A program made the translations under genes and the position numbers. Below, one piece after another: positions 51,955-64,000 of a DNA stretch of 64,000 bases. The DNA is from Eledone cirrhosa (Eukaryota). The stretch is from assembly GCA_964016885.1 (NCBI GenBank), contig OZ024741.1, positions 66,774,001 to 66,838,000 on the forward strand, written 5' to 3'. Under the pieces are notes generated by a model. The model was not told the origin of the DNA, did no database searches, and saw only the letters and a list, made by a program, of their open reading frames with translations. Numbering within the stretch: position 1 is the stretch's first letter; each line of letters starts with the position of its first letter.

Positions 51955-54839
51955 GTGTGTATGTGTGTTAATAAGCATGTGTATATACAGGCAGAGATCT
52001 TATAGTAGGGTGTATATTCTTCACAATACGTGCAATTGTGTATATACATGTTGATCCAAACGAATGTACAACAATTCAGAAACATAGGCACACATACACA
52101 CACATTCCATACATATATAGACATATATAGATGAAATGTAAGTTCAGTAAATCAACGTAACGTGTTATTCTGTAAACTCTCGCTGGGAGCTATTTTCAAA
52201 TAAAATGATCACTCCATGAAAGTGTGAGAAATTGTAATGTAGTTGATGGTTACGTGACGAATGTGTGTTTTTCATTATTCATTACGATTAGCCATTAAAT
52301 TATGGGCTGTTATTCTGCTTGTAACTCATGGAAATTCTTGAGGCAGTATTAGTTTTTATACTTGCATTTGGGAATTAATTTTTGATTTTCGTCGAGCAAT
52401 TTGTAATTTTCCATTAAGATATTTGTTAGGAAACCAACCTTCCATGTAAGGTTCGTATCTCTTAGCGCTGTCAATATTTCTGATTAAATGATCGATAAAT
52501 AACCATTATTTTTAATGTTATTTTGTTCCTTCTCTTTTAATAACTATGTTTTGACCAAGCTGTTACATTCTTATTGCGTGTTGCGGAAGGAACATGTCTG
52601 GAAGAACGCATTTAAAACCTGTTTCCTTTAGCCCTCTAAACATTACTACTTTATTGTTTCATGTTTAATATAGACTACAATGTTTCTTAAATATTTGCTC
52701 CTGACTGAAAGTTGGTTCGAAGATTTACTGTCAAAGGTGATTAGTTATTTCTAGATATTTCTATTATTATGCTCATAATATTCGAAGTATTCAAGGTAAC
52801 TTTTATATTCAAGCTAACATTTTGATTGTTTGTATAAGATAATTTGGAATACTTGCAGTTTTCTAGGTAATGTTGGTTAATTAGAGATAGAAAATTATTC
52901 ACAATTTTGTTTTTATAGCTTTACTGTAGTATTTCTGTTTCAATTTTCATGTATATATAGTAAATTAAATTTCACTGAAGATGCATGTTATTCTATAAAT
53001 CAACGTTGTATAAAAATGTTTCTTTTATCACCACATTTATTTGATATCTTCCTTCTTTAGCCTGGAGGTAACTTGTTTTAAATGGTCACTATATGATTCG
53101 CAGAGTTCCTCATATACTGTGTATATGGTATTGGTATGTGTTGATAAGATAGCTTAAAATGCTAAGTAAACTCCCTTTATTAAGTGTGCTGTTCTAGCAA
53201 ATATATATTAAAAATAACAGTCTTTGGATATTTTAATCAAATCCTTACATAACTTATCAGAGTGTAGAACGCTGATTTGTATTAGATGCGCAGTGTTGTA
53301 TGTGCATCAGTTGACTTTATTTGCCCTGAGCATTATATATAAACCACTACTGAACGCTCTGTATATCTGCTACAAAATGAAATATGAGATGCGCAGCTAA
53401 ATAATATAATGTAGATTCCACTCTGGACACTGTGCACTCTAAGGAACTGTATCCAATTTCAATTTTATTGTTCGTATTCCTACGCTAAATGGTGAATCTC
53501 AAGCTTCAGAATTGATCCATTAGATTATTACACCGGGACAAAATATATTTGTCAGCCCAACAAATTCTTCCGCATCTCATATTATTTTATATTTCTACTT
53601 ACATTTGCATTGCTGTTTTCCCATTTATATTGCATTGCTGTTTTCCCATTTATATTGCATTGCTGTTTTCCCATTTATATTGAACATATATCAGAATACT
53701 TTATAATACGCTTGACGAACGTTTTAGAGGCCAGTACTAACTACTTTAAATCGCCGCTACTAAATAGAAAACTGCAAGAATTACAAATTATCTTATACAA
53801 AGAATCAAATCATGTATTTGAGAGGAAGCCAATTACATCAACAAAGTACTTTACTAGTACTTTACTGGTACTTTATTTTATTGACCCTGGAAAGATGAAA
53901 AGCAAAGTTGACCTAGATGGGATTTGAAACCAGAGCATACAGAACCGAAACAAATACTCCTACGCATTTGTCCGGCGCTCTAACGACTCCATCAATCCAC
54001 TGCCCAGCTAAATTCAATATAATGAGATATATCCTGTTATATTTATTTATATGGTTTGATCTGGAGGAAGAGGTTGCCTCAGTAATCGCTGCAGCCAATC
54101 TGAAACTGGTGAGATTGACGAGATAGCAGTTATAAGTCGAAGACTCCAGGAAGAAGAAGAAGAAAAAACAATATGTGCAGAAATAGAATTCAAGAGGACC
54201 GACGTCCATAAAAGAAACAACTGGAGATGGATATTTGTACATGTTCTAAAGAATGGGTTGAACACAACATAGGAGAGAAGTAGTACGTAGATGAAATAAG
54301 TTGGTGTAGCAGGAAACAAAAGGGGTGGTAGACATTACAGAGAGAAGACACAGCACGCCAACAGCAAGCTAGACATTAGAATGTGATAGTAAACAGTAAA
54401 GTAGGTAAAGGGCTCGTAACTCCTGATAGAGTGATAGCAGCGCCATTCCGACATATGTCAAGTCTTGGGTATTTCATACCTGGCGGAGTCCCGTTCTCCG
54501 CGTTTGAACACAGCCGATTTCTTCCAGGTAAAGAAAGAATCGACTCCCGATATATGCCGGACTTTATTTATCGATCTGAAAAGAATGGCAAGCAAAGTTG
54601 ACCTCGCTAGGACGTGAACTAAGAGTGAAGTGAGCTGGAACAAATACCGAGGCTCTAGTGATTGCCGATTCACCGTCTTCATGGCCATCAAGTAGTCTTC
54701 CAACCTTTCTTTGGATGCAGTCTAGCATATCTGTGTCCACCAACACCGGTCCAGATGTATGACATTGTTGTATAAAACTGAGCTTTCTGAAGATTACTTA
54801 ACTGTTAGAGAATAAAAATGTGATCGATCTTCACGCACA

Positions 54840-54932
<93 letters not shown>

Positions 54933-55427
54933 ACGCTCATTTACACACTCACATCCACACACACATCTACACACATCACACACACAAATATGTATATATA
55001 TACATATATATACATATATATACATATATATACATATATATGCATATATACATACCTATAGCGTTGCCTGAATGTGGAATTGTAATCACTAAAGAAAGAG
55101 CCTTTAATATGTAAATATAGAGATGAATATGTTATATACAAGTACCTTTCTAGGTACTCGAAGTTTCCCGAAGCAAGCTGATGTTATTGCTATTTCATTC
55201 ACCTGTTAAAATGGAAAGGTTATCACCGGCGGGGAGAATTCCAGTGAAGTCCCTCTTGAAAAACTATAACTATGCTCTTTGGAAGCATATATATACACAT
55301 ACACACACTCACACACAGGCAACATCCGTACACAAGCACACATACACGTGCTGTGATACTCATATACATGCATGTTGGATTAAGGAAAGAGATACATACA
55401 CGCACTAGATAGAAGAAGGAAATATAT

Positions 55428-55735
55428 TATACAACCTTTCAAATCCTTCGGATTAAAAATATAGACACTAACCTAAGCGCTATCAACTTCCTAGATGATG
55501 TAACACTAGATCTAAAGAATAGACAATACAAACCTTATAGAAAACCAAACGATAGGCTAGTCTTCATAAACTCTGGATCCTATCACCCCCTAATAGTGTT
55601 TAAGAATATTGTGAAAAAAACTAGCTGGATAATGTCTAAACTCTCAGCTAGCAAAGGCATTTTTTACAAAACGGCCCTCGCCTGCAACGTAGTCCTAGAG
55701 GCAAGCAGATTCAAAGAGAGAATTAGATATATAGT
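55428..55735 (+). pseudogene. Decayed Penelope-like element reverse transcriptase fragment (palm-end/thumb region)
   Basis: Translates, across small indels, to FKSFGLKI..TNLSAINFLD.VTLDLKNRQYKPYRKPNDRLVFINSGSYHPLIVFKNI...SKLS. This matches the PLE pattern FLD.T..L....Y.PYRKP......I...SNHP. Confidence 0.7.
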
Positions 55736-56040
55736 ACATATATAGTATCTTACACATGAATACATGGGTGGTAGGTGTATATATTCATATGCAGATGTAT
55801 AATGTTCTCTATTTAAACAAATATCTTCATCAACGAGTTTCAGTTTTCCAGCGGTTACTTTGATGCTGCGCCTACAGTAATAGCACATTCCTCTATAGTG
55901 AATTATATAACAATCTACAACTTGCAGGTCGTTACATATAACTGCACTGAAACACGTGTTAGTAAATCTACTGCATCAATAAATTTTTCTTCAATCTTCA
56001 GCATGTCATGCCTAATTTTTCCTGTTTCTCAGTTTCTGCC

Positions 56041-56123
<83 letters not shown>

Positions 56124-56677
56124 CCTCTCTCTCTCTCTCTCTCAATCTCTATATATATATATATATACACACAACCTCACAAGCATTTAAACTCGGAATT
56201 TAAAGGGACATATAATTAGATACCAACATAATATAACTAACAATAAATGTAATCTGAGTTTTTCGAATATTAATAATAATATTCGATTCGTTTGCAATTA
56301 TGCAAACAGCCTCATTAAGCATATCAGTAGAATGACCCCATCATTCTTGCTCTTGTATTGGCAAGTAATATATATATATTTATAGGATTAAATGCCTGAG
56401 TTTAATTTAGCAATTTATCAAATCTTAGGGTCGATATAACCAGAGTTACCCTAGAAGGCATGGTCCCAGTATGGCCGAAGGTCAAAGATGAAAACAAATG
56501 AGAACATACGTAGACTGACAGAATGTGTGTGTGTGTGTGTGTGCATGAGAGATAGAGACAGAGGTCGCGAGACAAAGTGACAAAAACAGTAGCACAATAT
56601 AAAATATAAAGAGAGTAGCAAAAATAGTTTGAAAAGGCCCAATAAAGAGCAATAGATAATAAGAAATATAGAAAAGA

Positions 56678-56715
<38 letters not shown>

Positions 56716-56855
56716 GATGCGCCGTATTCTCTTCACTATTGTTCTTATTTGTTCGCCATTTTGCTTGCGAGATTTTATTTTTAGTTAGTACACCGAGAGA
56801 CACGCAAAATTCATATACTCATGCACACATACACATACATATACGCATGCGCATG

Positions 56856-56909
<54 letters not shown>

Positions 56910-56910
56910 A

Positions 56911-57013
<103 letters not shown>

Positions 57014-57487
57014 ATATAATATATATATATTTAAACACAATGTGTTCGTCCGATAGATATAATAGGTCATATTGATTCACTGCAGCGGACGATAATATGT
57101 TCCTAATTGGTTAGTATTCGATATTTCTCATCTTTTGTCTCCCCTTTTTGGGATGTTATTACAATGATAATCTTTTAGAGCCAGATGCATCCGTAATAAC
57201 GTAAATATCAATAACAACGACGACAATAACAACAATAAAAATAACATTAAGAAACCGAAAATAGCAAACAACAAAATCAATAACATAAGCAACAATAATA
57301 ATAATGACAATGATAATAATTGTAATAACACTGAGTTTTTATTGGTCACAAAGTCGCACAATTTGTGTGCAAAATACAAGGACGAAAAACATCACAAGGT
57401 AGGGTTTGCATCGAGAAAGTCGAGATGGATATCTACATTGGGAAAACAGAATTTATAACAATAACAATAATTATATTAAATAGTAAT

Positions 57488-57678
57488 AATTGTTTCTACT
57501 TTTGGCACAAGGCCAGCAATTACCCAATGTATTACTGGTACTTTATTCTATCGACTCTGTAAGGATGAAAGGCAAAGTTAACCTCGGCGGGATTTGAACT
57601 CAGACCGTAGAGGGCCGTAACACTATGCTGCAAAGCATGGCGTCCGACGCTCTATCGATACTGCCAATCCACCGCCCT
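57488..57678 (-). mobile_element. tRNA-derived SINE (well-preserved copy)
   Basis: Minus strand ggcggtggattggcagtatcg...gagttcaaatcccgccgagg plus the conserved body. Confidence 0.82.
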
Positions 57679-57719
57679 GCATTAAATAGTAATAATAACA
57701 ATTAAAAATAAAACATAAC

Positions 57720-58290
57720 TAGGAAATAAAAGTTAACTAGGAAAGGCTCATCAATAAGTTCCTTAGGGTACTTCCGGGGAAAACCCTACACAAAATCCCG
57801 AATTACTTTGTCGCATAATTGGTACTGAAAGTGCTCTCTCCTGGTTTTTTTCCTCTGGTTTAAAAAGGGATAGTGAGAGTAGACCCATTCAGCCTCGTCA
57901 ATCTCATATGACTCATTCATCTTTCATTAAACACTCTAGAAGAAAGCAGCTCTCTACATACCTTCAACCTCCTCTTTAAGTCATGCATGAAGAAGTTGAT
58001 AAGAGGCTGGCCGGAGAGGAAGATGTCTGTCCTCAAACCTTTTAGATGTGTCCTCCAAACTTCTTTCATCATAGCCACTTAGCAAAGCTGGATTTTCCTT
58101 CCAAACGAAGGTGGTGTCGGAATATTGCTATAGGCTCGGCTGATAGTGGAATATGACTTAGATGTAATAGCTGCTATTTCCCACAAGCTCATATGTCTAC
58201 AATACACTGACACTGGGCGATAGTGTGAAGAGTGGTTTCGTTGCTCTGAGTATATTTTGGACAGGTTTAGATGTTGTTCCTTCCATGCAT
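57720..58290 (-). mobile_element. Old 3' fragment of a related Tx1-like LINE
   Basis: Minus strand TCPKYTQSNETTLH...AMMKEVWRTHLKGLRTDIFLSGQPLINFF...RLNGSTL aligns with the C-terminus of the Tx1 ORF2s at 1-10 kb. Confidence 0.7.
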
Positions 58291-58907
58291 GTAGAGTTGG
58301 AAGCCGCCGGTTATGCATGTATGGGTCTATTTGTCTACCTATCTTTATACATAACTCTCTCTCTTTTCACTTACTCAGCACTGTTTCCCCCTTTTCTTTT
58401 CACACCTACACATATTGCTACGCGCGCGTGTGTGTAGCTACGTTTATGTTTGTGTCTCTGTTTATGACACGTAACTTAATAGTTCAATAAGAAATAGATC
58501 GATGAAGATAAAATAAGTATTGGTGTCGATATGATCGACTAAATCATGGCGATGTTCCGACAGAGCCACAGTCGAATGACTGAAACCAGTAACAGAACAA
58601 AATAATTGTTTCGACTTTTGGCTGAAGACCAGTAATTACTGGTGTATTACTAGTGCTCTATTTAATCGACCCCGTAAGGATGAAAGGTTTGTAACTCTTT
58701 GCTGCAAAGCATGGCGTCAGACACTCTACCCATACTGACAATCAACCGCCCCAAAAGAATAAAAGAATAAGAGCATTTAATGGAAGGGCTTGTTAGATGA
58801 ACTTCAATTCTAGCATACCTAGCATACCCTCGTAACCATGCCCGTCTCTAGATCTCTATATACTACAAATGTTGATATTCCACAACGGAATTGCTAGACT
58901 GGATGGA

Positions 58908-59402
58908 GTCGGTGGGCGCCTGATATGGCGGGCTTCCATACAACAACTGTTTAGGAGTGAACGAAACAGTCGGTGGGCGCCTGATATGGCGGGCTTCCAT
59001 ACAACAACTGTTTAGGAGTGAACGAAACAGTCGGTGGGCGCCTGATATGGCGGGCTTCCATACAACAACTGTTTAGGAGTGAACGAAACAGTCGGTGGGC
59101 GCCTGATATGGCGGGCTTCCATACAACAACTGTTTAGGAGTGAACGAAACAGTCGGTGGGTGCCTGATATGGCGGGCTTCCATACAACAACTGTTTAGGA
59201 GTGAACGAAACAGTCGGTGGGCGCCTGATATGGCGGGCTTCCATACAACAACTGTTTAGGAGTGAACGAAACAGTCGGTGGGCGCCTGATATGGCGGGCT
59301 TCCATACAACAACTGTTTAGGAGTGAACGAAACAGTCGGTGGGCGCCTGATATGGCGGGCTTCCATACAACAACTGTTTAGGAGTGAACGAAACAGTCGG
59401 TG
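58908..59402. repeat. 61-bp tandem repeat, 8 copies + 7 nt, one substitution
   Basis: gtcggtgggcgcctgatatggcgggcttccatacaacaactgtttaggagtgaacgaaaca x8. Confidence 0.95.
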
Positions 59403-59769
59403 TGAAAGGAAGCAAATATAGAAATATTAATTTCTAATTTAGGTACCAGGTGAGAAATGTTATCGACGCCGCCGGAAGGAGGAAAGGCAAAGTTAATTTC
59501 AGCGGGCTTTGAAAATTTAAAGAGTTGCAGCTAAATAATTAATTCAAATTTAGGGACAAGGCCAGTAAATTTGGGGGCAGGGCAAGGGGAAGAGGAAATT
59601 TGACCTCGGTGAGATTTAAAATCAGAAATTAAAGAGTGGGCGTTAAATAATCAAATATAATAAGCAGCAGTAGCAGCAGCTAGATCAGTTGGAGTCGGTT
59701 GTTTCTGACAGGACCCATTGGAGGGAGCTTTTGAGGACTCTGCTCTCACGACCCTATCAGGAATAAATG

Positions 59770-60997
59770 GACGACGACGAAGAAGAAGACGCAGTAGCAA
59801 CAGTAATAGTAGCAGCAGTAGTAGCAGCAGAAATAGTACAACATCAATAGTAGCAGCAACAGTTGTAACAGCAGCAACAGTGGTAGCAGCAGTACCAGTA
59901 ATGACAGCTGTAGTAACAACAGGAAAAGCAACCTCAGCAGTAGTAGCAGCAGTAGTAGCAGCAGTATTAGTAGCAGTAGTAGCAGTAGTAGCAGTAGTAG
60001 CAGCAGTAGTGGTAGCAGTAGTAGCAGAAGCAGCAGTAGCAGTAGCAGTAGTAGTAGAAGCAACAGTTGTAGTAGCAGTAGTAGCAGAAGCAGCAGTTGT
60101 AGTAGCAGTAGTAGCAGTAGTAATAGCAACAGCAGTAGCAATATTAGTAGTAGTAGCAGTAGTAACAGCAACATCAGTAGTTGTAGCAGTAGTAATATCA
60201 GTAGTAGTATCAGAAGTAACAGCAACAGCAGCAGTAGTAGCAGAAACAGTAGTAGTAGTAGGAGCAGCAGTAGTAGCAGTAGTAATATCAGTAGTAGAAG
60301 AAACAGTAGTAGTAGTAGCAGTAGTAGTAATGGCAGGAAAGCAACCGCAGCAACGGTAGCAGCAATAAGACCAATAACAACGAAAGCATAAATAAAACTG
60401 AACAAAAGGAATTCACATAAAAACACCAACAACAGTACTACCACCACCGCCGCCACCACTACCATCACCATCATCACCACCAACACCACCATCACCTCCA
60501 CCACTACCAACACCACCATCATCAACAACACCAACAGTACTACCACCACGGCCGCCATCACTACCATCACCATCATCACCACCAACACCACCACCACCGC
60601 CACCACTACCATCACCACCACCACCACAACCACCACCACCACTACCATCACCATCATCACCACCAGCACCACCATCATCTCCACCACTACCAACACCACC
60701 GTCATCAACAACACCACCACATCAATAAACACCATCAACACCACCACCACCATCACCACCACCATCAAAACCATATCCATACATACAACCATCACCACCA
60801 CCACCACCACCACCACCACCACCACCACCACCAACAACACCACATCCATAAACGCCATCACCACCACCGCCATCACCACCACTACCACCACCACAACAAC
60901 CACCACCATCTTAACCACATCCATACACACCACCACCACCACCACCACCACCACCACCACATCCATAAACGCCATCACCACCATCACCACCACCACC

Positions 60998-61029
<32 letters not shown>

Positions 61030-61075
61030 CAATATCACCACCACAAAGAACAACAACGACAGTAGCAACAATAAT
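59770..61075. repeat. Degenerate (GTA/GCA)n then (CAC/CAT/CAA)n triplet tracts
   Basis: Visible low-complexity triplets; the long ORFs here are by-products. Confidence 0.9.
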
Positions 61076-61360
61076 AGAATTAACAGTGAAAAAAAAAACT
61101 CAAAAGAGCAAAAAAAAAAAACTCCATCAAGCCAGAAACAATGTTACAAATTGAACGGAAACTGTATGAAGCTAGTATGTAATGACGTCGTGGCAAACAT
61201 GAACACTTTTACTGAATAGTAACAAAACAACTGGAAAAATATGGGAAAAAAAAGAAATATCTGATGTATTTTAGGAGTGTTTTTATAAAATAAGGTACAC
61301 AAGGTATATAATTGTTGGAGCTTATAGGATGTGACCTGATGGTAATTTAATTAAAAGCCT

Positions 61361-61400
<40 letters not shown>

Positions 61401-61508
61401 GTACGTATGTTTGTACATATATACATACATACGTACGTAAATACATACGTAATTACGTACATACATACATACGTACGTACCTATATACATGCATACATAC
61501 ATACATAC

Positions 61509-61545
<37 letters not shown>

Positions 61546-61904
61546 TAATATATATATATATACACGCAAACAAGATCGCTTTTGCTCCAACCAATCGATT
61601 CACCACCTTCGATAACTACCCTATATATACATACACTTATACTACACATATATACACTATATACATACATACACACATATATATATATAGTATAAACGCA
61701 AACAATTATTGAATGCCCAATACTTAAACAATGCACTCGGAAAAAAAGCCAACAATAAACAAAGCATCCAGTGGACAAGACCATCGGATTCCAAAGTCGT
61801 AAAAATTACATTCGTAAAAGCCGAGCCAATCATGAACTAAATGTCTGTATTAGAGCTAAGACATCTCCCATAATATAGGCATGTATAATAGTATACGGAT
61901 ATGA

Positions 61905-62465
61905 GGGATATAGTCGATAAAATCGGCCCCACAACTTGTCTGGGACTTAATTATTATCGATATAATGAAGTTGAATAGCAAAGTGGACGTTGGTAAAATT
62001 TGAAGTAGAAATGTAGAGAACCGGAACTGACGCCGTTTGACAATCTAGCGACTTCAGCCATAATAAAATAATTGCTTTTAATTCAGATACAAGGCCAGCT
62101 GTGTATGGGGAGGAGAAATCGATTAAATCGACTCAAGTACATGGCTGGTACTGTATCGGCCTCGGAAGGACAAAAAGCGAAGTTGACCTCCGCGGGTTTG
62201 AACCTTATAAAGTATTTGTCCAACACCCTAACAATTCTGCTAATCTACTTCCAGTTTTAGCAAAATATTGTTTTCTGATTTAGGCACAAGGCTAACAGTT
62301 TTGGAGGGAGGTGAAAGTCGATTAAATCGACCCCAGTACATTACTGGTACTTTATTGTATCGGCCCCCGTAAGGATGAAAGACAGCTAACCTCGATGGAA
62401 TTTGAACTCAGAATGTAAAGGGACGTGACTATACGCCGCAAAGCATGTTGTTTGACGCCCTACAA
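61905..62465 (-). mobile_element. Cluster of diverged tRNA-derived SINEs
   Basis: Three partial matches to the SINE body. Confidence 0.65.
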
Positions 62466-62523
62466 TTACTGATAATCCATCAACAACAACAACAGCAACA
62501 ACAACAACACCAATAATAATAAT

Positions 62524-62525
<2 letters not shown>

Positions 62526-62556
<31 letters not shown>

Positions 62557-62678
62557 AAGAAGAAGAAGAAGAAGAAGAAGAAGAAGAAGAAAAGGATGAT
62601 GATGAGACAGAAGAAGAAAAGAAAAGAAAGAAGAAGAAGAAGAAGAAGAAGAAGAAGAAGAAGAAGAAGAAGAAGAAG

Positions 62679-62710
<32 letters not shown>

Positions 62711-62765
62711 GTAGTAGTAGTAGGAGGAGGAGGAGGAGGAGGAAGAGGAAGAAGAGGAGGTGGAA
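62526..62765. repeat. (GAA)n/(GTA)n/(GGA)n compound microsatellite
   Basis: Visible in the sequence. Confidence 0.95.
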
Positions 62766-63048
62766 GAGGTGAAATCCAACAATGGAATGTACAAGGTGTT
62801 CTGACAACTCAGTGGAAATTGTTCAGTGTTTGTTTTGTCTTAACAGCTTTCAGTTAAAATGGTTGCCTTCTTTTCCATTGGTTTCACAACCTTGCTTTTT
62901 TTTCTTCTTCGCACAATGCATGATCCGGACGATAAAACATTATTGATCTGGAGTGGCATGGTGTTTTACTGCCTTTTATTACAGTCGCCATTGCTGGACT
63001 AAATGCACTCAACGACACAAAGCAATGACATAATATTTATAGCTGGAT

Positions 63049-63116
<68 letters not shown>

Positions 63117-63247
63117 TTACATACACAAATACATATGTAAATACATATATGCATACATGCAGACCTACACATATGCATATATACACATATATATATATAC
63201 ACATGTACGTAAATGAATACATACATACATGCATACATACATACATG

Positions 63248-63838
63248 GTGGCTGCCAACTCGTTTTCGAGTACGGCCACTACTTTATATCCATGTAGGAG
63301 AACTCCTACCGATGCGCTGAACGAGTGACATTTTAGTCCAGCCAGCGACTTGAAAACTCTGGTACAAACCCTACACTTGTGACAATTATTGACACATAGG
63401 TACCATGTGACGACAAGTGCAGAGAGATCTCCAGATATAAAGCAATGCCTGTGGCGTGAAGCTTTTATAGTGAGCAAAGGCACTGCACAAAGCCAGTCCC
63501 CATCTCTTAACCAAGATGATATTTACCAAAAAGAAGAACAAGTCAACATCATTGGATACCATCAGAGTTGTAGGTGTTATATCAGAGTTTTCCTTCTCCT
63601 AGAATTCTGCCTTGACAAAGGCTAAGGGGTCATCTCTCCCGGTGATTTTGGCTGGCCATTGACTCTTAAGAGCTCCTTTGCCCTTTGACAGGTTTTGTTT
63701 TTAGTCCTGCAGGATGTCCAAAGTCTCCCTCCTCACCAAGAAACCTTGGTGGGGTTGCCAGTTTAGTCGCCAACGACCCGACCATGAGACAGGTTGTACT
63801 GGGATACATGTTACCAGTAGCACCAACTGGTGACCTGA
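63248..63838 (-). mobile_element. Bipartite non-autonomous RTE-derived element, copy B
   Basis: Reverse complement of 11974-12577 apart from a ~13-bp deletion and scattered substitutions; (CATA)n flanks. Confidence 0.75.
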
Positions 63839-63927
63839 TATACATACATACATACATACATACATACATACATACATACACACATGAATACATACATACA
63901 TATATACATACATACGTACACACATGA

Positions 63928-63960
<33 letters not shown>

Positions 63961-64000
63961 CATACATGCATGCATATAGCTGGATATATATATATATATA

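Noticed and set aside
52150-53600. Repeat-poor AT-rich stretch as a possible host exon or UTR
   Set aside because: No ORF, convincing splice pattern or recognisable motif; cannot be supported without transcript data.
57590-57678. tRNA genes
   Set aside because: The A/B boxes belong to SINE heads; no complete cloverleaf could be formed.
58908-59402. Possible CRISPR array
   Set aside because: Units are identical end to end with no unique spacers, there are no cas genes, and the context is eukaryotic.
59718-61071. 213-aa and 441-aa hydrophobic ORFs
   Set aside because: Degenerate triplet microsatellites.

Overview
Repeat-saturated, AT-rich eukaryotic genomic DNA. The SINE types and extreme microsatellite load suggest a cephalopod such as octopus, but that is an inference. 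No host protein-coding gene is recognisable. The window holds two tandem Tx1-like (L1-clade) LINEs in (TCTA)n, a 5'-truncated R4/Dong-like LINE in (TAA)n, RTE-derived bipartite non-autonomous elements in (TATG)n, CRE, RTE, R4 and Penelope-like fragments, mariner and hAT derivatives, and many tRNA-derived SINEs. The main discovery is a 7.6-kb array of almost identical 468-bp units (13875-21451). Each unit carries a minimal type I hammerhead ribozyme: 15 on the + strand and 1 in an inverted 5' block. The array is inserted in (TA)n and looks like a young non-autonomous 'retrozyme' (circular-RNA-derived retroelement). About ten further hammerhead motifs from unrelated short elements are scattered through the window, many inside fold-back (inverted) insertions at (TA)n tracts. 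Several share an unexpected C-C mismatch in helix II, and a decayed Penelope-like RT fragment is also present. Together these point to a Penelope-driven, ribozyme-bearing, microsatellite-targeting retroelement system. All ribozyme calls are by-eye base-pairing analyses and need computational and biochemical confirmation.
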